This document shows positions 35,911-45,560 of a stretch of 46,163 nt of DNA, one piece after another. Positions within the stretch are counted from its first letter, which is position 1. Every line of letters starts with the position of its first letter. The notes under the pieces were generated by a model that ran no database searches, was not told where the DNA came from, and saw only the letters and a program-made list of their open reading frames with translations. The stretch is from the NCBI GenBank assembly GCA_019454415.1, contig JACFOI010000007.1, positions 1 to 46,163 on the forward strand. Reading direction: 5' to 3'. This stretch comes from Patescibacteria group bacterium. Its GTDB lineage: Bacteria > Patescibacteriota > Microgenomatia > UBA1400 > PJMF01. The position numbers and the translations under genes are program-made.

Positions 35911-36288
35911 ATGCCAAATAAAATTGAAGCATCGGGACTAAGTAAACTGCTCGTTCGCTATATCCGCGCGACCAGCGTCCAGAATGCTTTGTTGGCCAAC
36001 TATGACTGGTCAGCCGAACACGATCAGGAAGTGATGGACATGGCATTGCTGACTGAGGAGCAGCTGACTCAAGCACTGGCGCACCTAGAAACTGAAGAGT
36101 TAATTGAAATTATACTGATGCTGGGGGCAAACTTTGGAGATACGACTGAAGAGGAAGTCAACGACCGGCTGATAACTCTGACGCTGCAGATGCTGAATGA
36201 GTACGAAGGGTACCACGATGAAGACGAGTTGCCCGGAGGACAGTTTAGGAATGATCCTGATGGCCAAGATGACTCTGGGACAGAATAG
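35911..36288 (+). CDS. Acidic hypothetical protein (125 aa)
   Basis: ATG-started ORF that fills the gap between femABX and pcrA; D/E-rich. Confidence 0.65.
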   Translation: MPNKIEASGLSKLLVRYIRATSVQNALLANYDWSAEHDQEVMDMALLTEEQLTQALAHLETEELIEIILMLGANFGDTTEEEVNDRLITLTLQMLNEYEGYHDEDELPGGQFRNDPDGQDDSGTE

Positions 36289-38340
36289 CTATTTCTTGAG
36301 GAATGCTTCAATATCTACGTCCCCGCTCAGCACGTCGTCCAATGCACTGTCATCGAGCGGGACGAAACGGCGTTCTTTACCGATCTTGCTGAGTCTCTGA
36401 TTCAAAGCCTTCAAGCCATACCGATCCTCCTCATGATCGACGTCCTCATCAAAGCGCTCTTTCCACTGTGGCGGCCGGTCATAGTTTTCTGCATAGGAAC
36501 TAAAACTGGACGGTCGGGTGTAGTCTGCTGCTTCGTGTTTGACCAATGACTCAGGGATGTCATGAAGAAACCGACTTGGCATGGCACTGGTAATGCTGCC
36601 GTACACCAGCCGTCGCCGTGCATATGTCAGGTAGAGCTTACTTTTGGCGCGAGTGATTCCGACGTAGGCTAACCGTCGTTCCTCTTCCATCTGCTCTTTA
36701 TCCAAGATAGAGCGTGAGTGCGGGAAGAGGCCTTCTTCCATGCCCACCATATAGACAATCGGAAACTCCAGCCCTTTGGCAGAGTGTAAGCTCATCAGCG
36801 TCACCACGTCTTCTTTACCTTCCACGGTGACGTCGGCCATGGTTTCGTCTTGAATCAAGGCAATATTTTCCAAAAAGGCATCGATCTGTTGAAACTGACT
36901 GGCAACTGACAGTAACTCCTGAACGTTTTCCAGTCGACTCAAGTCATCAGGATCTTTGGGATCATAGCGATCAGTGTACTGAGTGACTTCCAGGATTTTT
37001 TGAAGTGCTGCGAGCGGCAGCACGTTCTCTACGCTGGTAATTTCATTTTTGGCTAACTCAGCAAGGGTATTGTTTTTCCAGTTAAAGAAAGCTTCCAGTT
37101 TGCGTTTGCCCAGCTTGGTCGCACGCTCCAGACTAACCGAGTCATTGGGATTGATGAATAGCCGCAAGTATGCCAAGACGTCTTTGACTTCTTTCCGCGC
37201 GTAGAACTTGACGCCGCCGACGATCCTGTAAGGAATACCAGCTCGGATAAATGCTTCTTCAAAGCTGCGGGATTGGGCGTTGGTCCGATACAAGACCACC
37301 TGGTCGGCATAGCTATTGTCCAGGTTTTTCGTCTTGATGTACTGAACAACTTTGCGAGCCTCATCTTCTCCGCTATCCGCTTCATAGACGATGATCGGAT
37401 CCTGATCGGTGTTCTCGGTCCAGAGTTGCAGAATAGGGTGCGAGGTATTCTGGGAGATAACATGGGTCGCAGCATCCAGAATAGTCTGGGTCGAGCGATA
37501 GTTTTGTTCAAGGCGGTACTCTTGGATATTCGGAAAGTCTGTAGTCAGGTTCAACATGTTCCGATAGTCTGCACCTCGCCAGGCATAGATAGACTGCGAG
37601 AAGTCGCCTACTACATATAAGTTATTCTGCGGAGCACTCAGCAGCTTGCTCAGAACGTACTGGGCTTTATTAGTATCCTGGTACTCGTCGATTAGGACGT
37701 GAGACAAGATGTGCTGATACTTTTCCAAGACCTCGGGGTGAAGGGTGAACAGCTCAATGGCTTTCAACAGCAGATCATCGAAGTCTACGGCGTAGTTCCG
37801 GGCAAGCTCTTCCTGGTACAGTTTATAGGCGCGGGCGACGAACTCCTGATACTTGCCCTTGGCTGCACGAGCATAGTCATCACTACTCAGCATCTCATTC
37901 TTAGCTGAAGATATGGTTGCTTTGACAGCTCTGGGATGGAACTCTTTCTCGGACCAAGAGTTGTTCTTGTAGATTTGTTTGAGCAGGTCGAGTTGATCGT
38001 CACTGTCCAGAATCAAAAAGTGTGCTGGCAGGCCGATCAGGAAACCATCCTTGCGAAGAATCTTGGCACAGATCCGGTGAAAGGTGCCAGCAAACGGGAG
38101 CTCTTGGCCAGTAATCCTAAACATCCGCTCTGCAATCTCTTGAGCAGCTTTGTTGGTAAAGGTTACCAGCAGAATAGAGCTGGCCGGAACCTGTTGTTCG
38201 CCAATTAGCCAAGCCGCGCGGGTGGTCAGGACGCGGGTCTTGCCGGAGCCAGCCCCAGCCAACACAATCGCTGGCCCCTGCGGGTGAAGGACCGCGCGGC
38301 GTTGTTGTTCGTTGAGCAGCTCAAGCAGTTCACTAGTCAT
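36289..38340 (-). CDS. pcrA: UvrD/PcrA ATP-dependent DNA helicase
   Basis: LAGAGSGKT, TFTNKAA, TFH, DEYQDTN, VGD..QSIY.WRGA, LEQNYRS, HSAKGLEF, EERRLAYVGITRA; start ATG 38340 (or 38388). Confidence 0.96.
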   Translation of the reverse strand: MTSELLELLNEQQRRAVLHPQGPAIVLAGAGSGKTRVLTTRAAWLIGEQQVPASSILLVTFTNKAAQEIAERMFRITGQELPFAGTFHRICAKILRKDGFLIGLPAHFLILDSDDQLDLLKQIYKNNSWSEKEFHPRAVKATISSAKNEMLSSDDYARAAKGKYQEFVARAYKLYQEELARNYAVDFDDLLLKAIELFTLHPEVLEKYQHILSHVLIDEYQDTNKAQYVLSKLLSAPQNNLYVVGDFSQSIYAWRGADYRNMLNLTTDFPNIQEYRLEQNYRSTQTILDAATHVISQNTSHPILQLWTENTDQDPIIVYEADSGEDEARKVVQYIKTKNLDNSYADQVVLYRTNAQSRSFEEAFIRAGIPYRIVGGVKFYARKEVKDVLAYLRLFINPNDSVSLERATKLGKRKLEAFFNWKNNTLAELAKNEITSVENVLPLAALQKILEVTQYTDRYDPKDPDDLSRLENVQELLSVASQFQQIDAFLENIALIQDETMADVTVEGKEDVVTLMSLHSAKGLEFPIVYMVGMEEGLFPHSRSILDKEQMEEERRLAYVGITRAKSKLYLTYARRRLVYGSITSAMPSRFLHDIPESLVKHEAADYTRPSSFSSYAENYDRPPQWKERFDEDVDHEEDRYGLKALNQRLSKIGKERRFVPLDDSALDDVLSGDVDIEAFLKK

Positions 38341-38479
38341 GGTGTCACAGTCTGTAGGCGTACTTGAAATGGTATCGGAGAAGACCATACTAGCATACCC
38401 GTTTTGGTTTTTGTTTGGAAAAAAGCACAAGACTGTTGATCCGTTCCGACTTGATTACTGTTATACTTTCTGTGCATCT

Positions 38480-40651
38480 ATGTCATCTGCTCCTCGAGCT
38501 ACTTTGGAACTTCGAACTGCCCGTGAAAGCGTACAGACGCCGGAAGCGGCAGCTCAGTTTCTGGCAGCTCTGCCTAACCCGCCCCATGGTCTTCTCAAGC
38601 AGTGGACTGCGGGCACACCTTTTGTCTTAGAGTTTTTCAATCAAGGACAAACTATCTACGAGTTAGTAACGCTGCCTGAATCGCTGGTGGAGTATGTCAG
38701 CAGTCAACTGACGGCTGCTTATCCGGAAATCTTAATTAAACGCCTCGAGCATAATCCGCTCCAAGAGTTTTCGCTGGATCTACCCAAGTCTGCGGGTGAG
38801 GTCTTTTTCAGTGCCCCGTCACAGTACCCTATCAAAACTTTTCGTGAGACTGGTGAAAATGACCCGCTCTCCACTCTGCTGTCTGCGCTGGCGAAGCTCA
38901 TCGAAGGCGAAACAGCCTTGGTCCAGTTGTATGTCCGCAAGAGTCGAGAGAAGTGGAAAAATAAGGTTCGCCCTACCGGGGGCAGCTCTGCCGAAGGGGT
39001 TCCCGCGTCGGTCCTGCCAGCTACGCATCAAGCAGCGGTCAGCCGCAAGCTGGCGCTGCCTTCTTTTGAAGTCAGCTTCCGGTTCCTTGCTCAAGCAGCC
39101 ACCCAGGAAAGGGCCGATCAAATCGTTGACTCTCTCGCTACTGCGTTGACTGCTCTCCAATCTGAGACAAACAGCCTGGTCTTCAAACGACCACTGATCG
39201 GTAAAAAACGTCTGCTACGGGACATCCTGGAGCGAACGAATACCAGCTTGGTCCCCGGTGTTCACAACTGGCAGTACTTCTCGATTGATGAGCTGGCGAC
39301 CATCTGGCATATGCCCAACAAACAGCTCTCCACGATCAGAAACATTGCTTGGGGAAAGAACTTGCTCGGTGAGCCACCCGAGAACCTGCCGACCTACGTT
39401 CATACTCCGGAAGCCGAACGGATGAATTTGAACCTCTTCGCCCGAACTGAGTTTAAAAACCAAGAACAGATCTTCGGTATTCGGAAGCTGGATCGTCGCC
39501 GCCACATGTATGTGATCGGGAAAAGTGGTACTGGTAAGTCCACCTTGCTGGCCAACATGATCATTAACGACCTTAAACATAACGAGGGGTTAGCAGTGGT
39601 CGACCCTCACGGTGACTTGATCGAAACAGTGCTCAACTACATCCCCCGTCATCGCATCAACGACGTGATTATCTTTGACCCCGCTGACCCTCACGCTGTG
39701 GTCAAGATGAACTTGTTTGAAGGTGGCTCACTCGTCCATCGAGAGCTGATTGCCTCAGGCATTGTTGCCATCTTCCAAAAGATGTATGCCAACTCTTGGG
39801 GTCCCCGGTTGGAGTATATTTTGCGAAATGCTTTGCTGACGCTGCTGTCAAAAAATGCCAAACTTGAGGATGTTTTACGGATTCTGACCGATGCCAAGTA
39901 TCGAGAACGCGTCGTTGAGAATCTTGATGACCAAGTCCTTAAGAACTTCTGGGAAGCGGAGTTTAATACCATGCAGGAACGACTGCGGACCGAGGCCATC
40001 TCACCGATTTTGAATAAAGTCGGACAGTTTGTCACTTCTCCGCTGATTCGTAACGTGGTCAACACCAACACCAGCTCCTTTGACATTGAAGACGTGATGA
40101 ACCAAGGCAAGATCCTGTTGGTCAACGTTTCCCAAGGAAAGCTGGGGGAAGATAACATGGCCTTGCTGGGTGCGATGATTATTACCAAGATTCAGCTGGC
40201 AGCGATGAATCGCGTCTATATGCAGGAAGAAGAACGCCGAGACTTCTACCTCTACATTGACGAGTTCCAGAACTTTGCCACCACCAGTTTTATCAAGATT
40301 CTGTCCGAGGCTCGCAAGTATCGGTTGAACTTAGTCTTGGCGAATCAGTATATGGCGCAGATCCCTGAAGAGGTCAAAGCGGCGATCTTTGGGAATGCCG
40401 GCAGCATGGTCAGCTTCATTCTGGGTGCAGGCGACGCTGAGTACATGCAAAAAGAGTTTGGCGGAAAGTACACACAGGAGGATTTAGTCTCGCTCGGTCG
40501 TTATCAAATCGTCACCAAACTGATGATTGACGGACAAGTCAGTCATCCCTTCCCTGCCGCAACGTTATCGCTAGCGTCCTCGCGCAATCAAAACCGTGAG
40601 AAAGTCCTCACCGTTTCTCGCGAGCGATACGCAAAAAAGAAGAAAACGTAA
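38480..40651 (+). CDS. VirD4/TraD-like (HerA/FtsK superfamily) ATPase, CPR type
   Basis: DRRRHMYVIGKSGTGKS (Walker A), VDPHGD, WGPRLEYIL, LYIDEFQNF (Walker B), LSEARKYRL, ANQY; start ATG 38480. Confidence 0.9.
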   Translation: MSSAPRATLELRTARESVQTPEAAAQFLAALPNPPHGLLKQWTAGTPFVLEFFNQGQTIYELVTLPESLVEYVSSQLTAAYPEILIKRLEHNPLQEFSLDLPKSAGEVFFSAPSQYPIKTFRETGENDPLSTLLSALAKLIEGETALVQLYVRKSREKWKNKVRPTGGSSAEGVPASVLPATHQAAVSRKLALPSFEVSFRFLAQAATQERADQIVDSLATALTALQSETNSLVFKRPLIGKKRLLRDILERTNTSLVPGVHNWQYFSIDELATIWHMPNKQLSTIRNIAWGKNLLGEPPENLPTYVHTPEAERMNLNLFARTEFKNQEQIFGIRKLDRRRHMYVIGKSGTGKSTLLANMIINDLKHNEGLAVVDPHGDLIETVLNYIPRHRINDVIIFDPADPHAVVKMNLFEGGSLVHRELIASGIVAIFQKMYANSWGPRLEYILRNALLTLLSKNAKLEDVLRILTDAKYRERVVENLDDQVLKNFWEAEFNTMQERLRTEAISPILNKVGQFVTSPLIRNVVNTNTSSFDIEDVMNQGKILLVNVSQGKLGEDNMALLGAMIITKIQLAAMNRVYMQEEERRDFYLYIDEFQNFATTSFIKILSEARKYRLNLVLANQYMAQIPEEVKAAIFGNAGSMVSFILGAGDAEYMQKEFGGKYTQEDLVSLGRYQIVTKLMIDGQVSHPFPAATLSLASSRNQNREKVLTVSRERYAKKKKT

Positions 40652-40714
40652 CAGGATTAGAGAGTCCAAGTACTGGAAAAAAAGCAGGCAGCTCCCTAAG
40701 GTATACTTAGCTTC

Positions 40715-41419
40715 ATGAAGTACATCATTGCCAACTGGAAGTGTAATAAGAACGAGGATGCCACTGATGAGTGGGTCCACTATCTTTTTGAGTCGAAAGT
40801 CGTTGAGCAGGCCCACGGACTGACAGTAGTGCTCTTGCCGTCGTTTCTCTATCTACGCCAACTCTGGGGTCGGGTCGAGGGTCTACACCTGGGAGTACAA
40901 ACGGTTTCACCCTATCCGAACGGAGCTTATACCGGAGCTGTTTCGGCACTTCAAGCAGCGCAGTGGGCCGAGTTTGTCATGCTCGGTCACGCAGAACGCC
41001 GGAAGTACTTTGCCGAAACCGATCAAGTGGTGAGCCAGCAGGTTCGTCAAGCGCTTGAAGCAAAGTTAACCCCGATCATTGCGGTGGATCAACATAACTG
41101 GGCAAAACAACTCAGCCTGTTAGACGTCGATGAGCTCAAGTCCTGTATCGTGATGTACGAACCGCCGGAAGCAATTAGCTCCGGAGGAGGCGAAGCTGTT
41201 GATCTTAATCAAGTAGTCCCTGCCATTGAGCAGCTCAAAGCAGAGTTCAAGGTGAAAGCTGTTTTATATGGTGGCTCCGTGTCCGCCAAAAATATAGCAA
41301 CGTATCTGAAACATCCGAGTATCGATGGAGTGGTTCCCGGAGCTGCGAGCTTGGATCCATCGGAGTTTATTGATTTGGTGCGGACCGCCCACGCAGCAGT
41401 CAATCAGAAGACATCATGA
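40715..41419 (+). CDS. tpiA: Triosephosphate isomerase
   Basis: ANWK, GAYTG, GHAERR, YEP, LYGGSV, GAASL. Confidence 0.95.
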   Translation: MKYIIANWKCNKNEDATDEWVHYLFESKVVEQAHGLTVVLLPSFLYLRQLWGRVEGLHLGVQTVSPYPNGAYTGAVSALQAAQWAEFVMLGHAERRKYFAETDQVVSQQVRQALEAKLTPIIAVDQHNWAKQLSLLDVDELKSCIVMYEPPEAISSGGGEAVDLNQVVPAIEQLKAEFKVKAVLYGGSVSAKNIATYLKHPSIDGVVPGAASLDPSEFIDLVRTAHAAVNQKTS

Positions 41420-42132
41420 AATTGAGTTCGTTGACTGCCTTTTTCCCCTGTTATAACGAAGAGGCAAACGTTGAGTTGATGGTTCAACAGCTAGAGAAAG
41501 TGCTGCCACGTTTTGCCAGAAAGTACGAAATTCTGGTTATCAACGATGGCAGTACCGACAGAACTGGCAAGATCGCGGACCAACTCAGCAAGAAGTTTCC
41601 GGCAGTCAGAGCTATTCACCATCCCACTAACTTGGGGTATGGCGCCTCACTGCGGACTGGCTTCAACCACGCCAAGTATGACTGGACTTTCTTCACAGAT
41701 GGGGACATGCAGTTTGACGTCTCTCAACTCGAAGAGTTCCTGCCCTATACTGCCGACTTTAACGTCATTATCGGCTATCGCAAACACCGGGCCGACGGTG
41801 GAGTTCGGGCGTTTAACGCGCGCCTCTTTAAGTTGTATATCGACCTTCTTTTCCGTTTGCATGTTAAAGATATTGACTGTGCTTTCAAACTGCTGAACAC
41901 GCAGCTGATCCAGTCGCTGCATCTGCAATCAACGGGCGCTTTTACCAGCGCCGAGATGCTCTATCGCTTGAAAAAACGAGGCGAAAAAATGAAGCAGCTT
42001 CCGGTTGATCACTTCCCGCGAAAGTTCGGAACTCCGACCGGGAATAACCCCAAGGTAGTGATCAAAGCGGGAGTCGAAGCGTTTAAGGTGTACTTCCACG
42101 CCAAACTTGAACAACTACAGTCCGCCGGTTAG
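41416..42132 (+). CDS. GT2 glycosyltransferase (polyprenol-phosphate glycosyltransferase-like)
   Basis: [31 protein letters not shown]; ATGA overlap with tpiA. Confidence 0.92.
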   Translation: MKLSSLTAFFPCYNEEANVELMVQQLEKVLPRFARKYEILVINDGSTDRTGKIADQLSKKFPAVRAIHHPTNLGYGASLRTGFNHAKYDWTFFTDGDMQFDVSQLEEFLPYTADFNVIIGYRKHRADGGVRAFNARLFKLYIDLLFRLHVKDIDCAFKLLNTQLIQSLHLQSTGAFTSAEMLYRLKKRGEKMKQLPVDHFPRKFGTPTGNNPKVVIKAGVEAFKVYFHAKLEQLQSAG

Positions 42133-43812
42133 CGAACGGACGTCGTAGATCCGATAGTTTCGGGAGCTCACCGCAATAGGATATTTATTACTGAAGTAGG
42201 CTTCATTCGCCCGCATGAACTGACGTTCCTCAGGGCCAATGGCAACATAGCTGACGTTGTACTTCTTCATCAGCTCTTCGGCAGCCGGGCCGCCCTGGAA
42301 CATAGTCCCGATATCCCGTTCACGCTGTTGATAGAGGAATCCAAAGTTAAACGCCCAGCCGGGATACCCCAGCAGAATCGAGCGAGCTCCCCACTCCATG
42401 ACTGGGTGGTTATGAGAAGTCGCGGTCAAGAACACGGCCCTAGGGTGTGTCTTTTGCTGAATCTCTTCTCCGAGTTCAATGTCTTCATAGCTGGCCATCT
42501 GCAGGGAGTTTTTATCAAAACGAGCCAGCCTCCACATCTCCATGATCCCGCTGCCGATCAACAACACGGCCAGCAACATCGCGACCACTTTAGGTAGCTG
42601 GCTCTTCTCTCGCCACAGCTGTTGAAGAACCAGCACGGCCATAGGACTAAAGAAGAGATATGCCCACATGAAGAGCTTAGAGTTGTCCCAGTGGATCGGC
42701 TGAAACAAGATCACATTGGCCAGTGCAAAAACGACCCAGCCAGTGCCGAGGAAAGCAAGACGAAACGTATCAAGCTTTTTGCGCGCGATCGAAAAGCCAA
42801 TCAAAGCCATCGGAACCATTACTCCCCAGATTTCCCACCACATCTTCAGCCAGTTAAAGATCCGCTCCAACAGACCATTTCCTACCGGAGCAGTCCAGCC
42901 GATCAGAATCCGCATGAACTGAGGGTTCTCGATGCCGCCTTTGACAAAGGTGACATACAAGACACTGGAAAGGATGCCTGCTGGAATCACATACCAGAGC
43001 CACTTACGCCACTGCTTGATCGTCAGGAGGCCCAACAGCCCGCTGCCGATCACTAGGACGATGAAGCTGTGCATATGAGTAATCGGCAGAAGTCCCGCGC
43101 CTAGACCGCAAGCGACCAGGACATACTTTTGATACTTCGTCAGGTGTTCCTTGGGTTTTTTGGCGACGCGTAAGAATACCCAGAGGACTCCTGCCATCAC
43201 CCAGACTGTGATGCACATCCCCAGCAAAAAGGCACGTTGGGGAATCAACATCCCGTTAAACCAGTTTCCGGCCAGCCATTGATACTGTTTTTCTAAACGA
43301 GTGTAGTCTTTGGTCGGATACAGCAGAGACTCGAGCGTTGGTTTGTTCAGCCAGTCTGCCAGGAAGCGCAGAAAGCCAAGTCCGGAGGAACAGAAAAAAA
43401 CAATCACACTGGTAACTGCTGCTTTCTGGGTACGCAGCAGCTGGTAGAAGAGGACATACAATCCGTAAGTCAGGGCAATTCCATACAGCATCGAAGGAAC
43501 CAGCATCGACACCGTCAGGCTCAAGCCGCTGCGGAGCAGTAGACCACTGACCAGATTGGTCAGGAACCCGTAGGTCAACTTTCCGCCCGCGTAGTAGGGA
43601 TGATAGGCAAACCAGTCACCTGGATCTTTGAAGGCAAAGATGTTGACCATGGCAATGTGGAGCGACCAGTCGCCCCAGACATGGACGTGCCCAGCCCAGA
43701 GTCCATTGGCACGGTATCCGAGCATCTGAGAAAAGATGTAGACAAAGTAAACACCAAACGTGAGGGTCAAAAGAAGAAGCGGCCCACGATGGCGACGTAT
43801 CACCTGTTTCAC
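42115..43812 (-). CDS. Multi-TM membrane protein, probable GT-C glycosyltransferase
   Basis: WGDWSLH, PQRAF, HMHS, WDNSK, RSILLGYPGW, MKKYNVSYVAIGPEE. Start at GTG 43812, 7 nt after TACATT, which removes the overlap with the upstream gene. Confidence 0.7.
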   Translation of the reverse strand: MKQVIRRHRGPLLLLTLTFGVYFVYIFSQMLGYRANGLWAGHVHVWGDWSLHIAMVNIFAFKDPGDWFAYHPYYAGGKLTYGFLTNLVSGLLLRSGLSLTVSMLVPSMLYGIALTYGLYVLFYQLLRTQKAAVTSVIVFFCSSGLGFLRFLADWLNKPTLESLLYPTKDYTRLEKQYQWLAGNWFNGMLIPQRAFLLGMCITVWVMAGVLWVFLRVAKKPKEHLTKYQKYVLVACGLGAGLLPITHMHSFIVLVIGSGLLGLLTIKQWRKWLWYVIPAGILSSVLYVTFVKGGIENPQFMRILIGWTAPVGNGLLERIFNWLKMWWEIWGVMVPMALIGFSIARKKLDTFRLAFLGTGWVVFALANVILFQPIHWDNSKLFMWAYLFFSPMAVLVLQQLWREKSQLPKVVAMLLAVLLIGSGIMEMWRLARFDKNSLQMASYEDIELGEEIQQKTHPRAVFLTATSHNHPVMEWGARSILLGYPGWAFNFGFLYQQRERDIGTMFQGGPAAEELMKKYNVSYVAIGPEERQFMRANEAYFSNKYPIAVSSRNYRIYDVRSLTGGL

Positions 43813-43891
43813 ACTCTGAAATGTATACGTTAAATGCTCCGTCGGCAAGTCGAAGGCAGAACTTCTCTGTACCCGACTCACTAGAAAATCA

Positions 43892-45547
43892 CTAGAAGTC
43901 GCGGAAGAGGACGCACTTCCCTTCGGCAGACAAGTAGACGGAGTACGGAACACCTTTGATGGGTCGGTACACTGTCATCATTCCCTGGAGATCTTCTTTT
44001 TTGACTGAAGCAAACTGAATGTCGTCAACTTGCTCTGGGGTTGTCGTCCGCATATCCCAGATTTTGATTCTTTTATCCAGCGACTCATATAGCTGTTGAT
44101 CAGGTTTCCGTTGAGCGTAAAAAAGGTAAAAAATATAAGGCTGAGTAATCTGCAGAGTTACTACTCGGGAGGTACAACGTTCTTCTTCCAGTAAAGCGCG
44201 CATACTCGCCCCCAAGTCATCATTGAAGTAACGGCGTAGTTGGTCCGGGTATCGTCCAGTTGCCTGCCGCAGATAAGCCAAAAAGACAGCCACGTTAATC
44301 AAGACAATCAGTCCCATCATATCGAGCGCCAACTGCTTGTGAACTGCTTTAGTCAACAGCGCGTAGAGACGCTCTGCGCCGATGGCCATCACTACCACTA
44401 CTACGGGTAATAAGTGGACCGAACGCAAGAAATGGTAGCTGTCTCTGGCCAGCGCTGGTGAGACTGGTGAAAGCACGATCCAAAAAAGCAGCAGCAGTGC
44501 TTGAAGTTCAGTGAAGTGGACTGGCCGATGTCCAAGAAAGTGCTTTGTTCCCAACCCCGTACGATAGAACAGCGCGCCAATGCCCACCAAGAATGGTACG
44601 GCCAGTACCAGCGGGAAAAGAGGAACACCAGGCATCTGGTACATCGGATGCTTATTACCCTCACCAAAAAAGTAGCGATACGAAAGATACTGCAGATAGT
44701 TGCGTTTGAAGTTGCCCACTACATTCGGGCGTCCCATGATGGTGATCTCGTTAAAGCGCGCGTTGTACTTTTGCGGCTGAGTAATGGTGATCCACAGCAT
44801 TGGTCCGGCAACGAGGAGATAGACAATCCAGATCATGAAGTAAGACAGACGGAGATGTGGACGCACTAACCACACCAGTATTCCCGCTCCTGCTAGAAAG
44901 ACCGGAATATGCAGATTCATCGTTGAATAGGCGTGAGTTAGCAGGCTCGCCACCAAGCCGACTCCTCCACCCCAGAGTAAACGCTGTTTCCAGGAAAGTG
45001 ATTTAGGCAGCTCAAGCCAAGCAAAAAAAACAACTAGAAATGCACAGACAAAAAACGGGACCGGACTGGGCGGAATGGCAAAGTGACTGAGGTAGATGCT
45101 CCACCCTGCCAGGCCCAGAATGAGCGTAGCGAGTAAAGCAAACCATCGTGACAAACCGACTCGCCTTCCCAGAAAGTACATCGCTACTACCGACGCACAG
45201 CCAAAAAGTGCCACCACCAGTCGAATCGTCGTTACCGATAGCCCAAGCACTTTCACAAAAGGAACAGTCACATAGGTGAGCAGTACAGGTGGCCAGTCAT
45301 CAAACGCTTGGAGTAAGAGGGGCCAGGAGTTGCCACGATGATCACGACCATTAATTCCCAAGGTATAGGCGTCGTAGCCGTTAACGGCTTCATCCTGATC
45401 CAGGCCAGGAGGAAAGGTAGTCAGCCACAAGATACGACTCAAAAAACTGGCCGTAAGTACCACCACCACTGCGCCAACAAACAAAAACTGCTCTGGTTTT
45501 CGCAGTTTTTTGTTGAGGGTGGCGAGCATAGAAGACACTGTAGGCAT
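43892..45547 (-). CDS. ArnT/PMT (GT-C) family glycosyltransferase
   Basis: PPGLDQDEAVNGYDAY...GRDHRG..WP, TIRL, many TMs; ATG 45547 with GGGAG upstream. Confidence 0.85.
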   Translation of the reverse strand: MPTVSSMLATLNKKLRKPEQFLFVGAVVVVLTASFLSRILWLTTFPPGLDQDEAVNGYDAYTLGINGRDHRGNSWPLLLQAFDDWPPVLLTYVTVPFVKVLGLSVTTIRLVVALFGCASVVAMYFLGRRVGLSRWFALLATLILGLAGWSIYLSHFAIPPSPVPFFVCAFLVVFFAWLELPKSLSWKQRLLWGGGVGLVASLLTHAYSTMNLHIPVFLAGAGILVWLVRPHLRLSYFMIWIVYLLVAGPMLWITITQPQKYNARFNEITIMGRPNVVGNFKRNYLQYLSYRYFFGEGNKHPMYQMPGVPLFPLVLAVPFLVGIGALFYRTGLGTKHFLGHRPVHFTELQALLLLFWIVLSPVSPALARDSYHFLRSVHLLPVVVVVMAIGAERLYALLTKAVHKQLALDMMGLIVLINVAVFLAYLRQATGRYPDQLRRYFNDDLGASMRALLEEERCTSRVVTLQITQPYIFYLFYAQRKPDQQLYESLDKRIKIWDMRTTTPEQVDDIQFASVKKEDLQGMMTVYRPIKGVPYSVYLSAEGKCVLFRDF

Positions 45548-45560
45548 TTGTGAGCGCTCC

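Noticed and set aside
9991-41419. TGA-to-Gly recoding (code 25) as in some CPR lineages
   Set aside because: Conserved genes are intact in code 11 and TGA ends genes at sensible positions (9993, 26986, tpiA with ATGA coupling).
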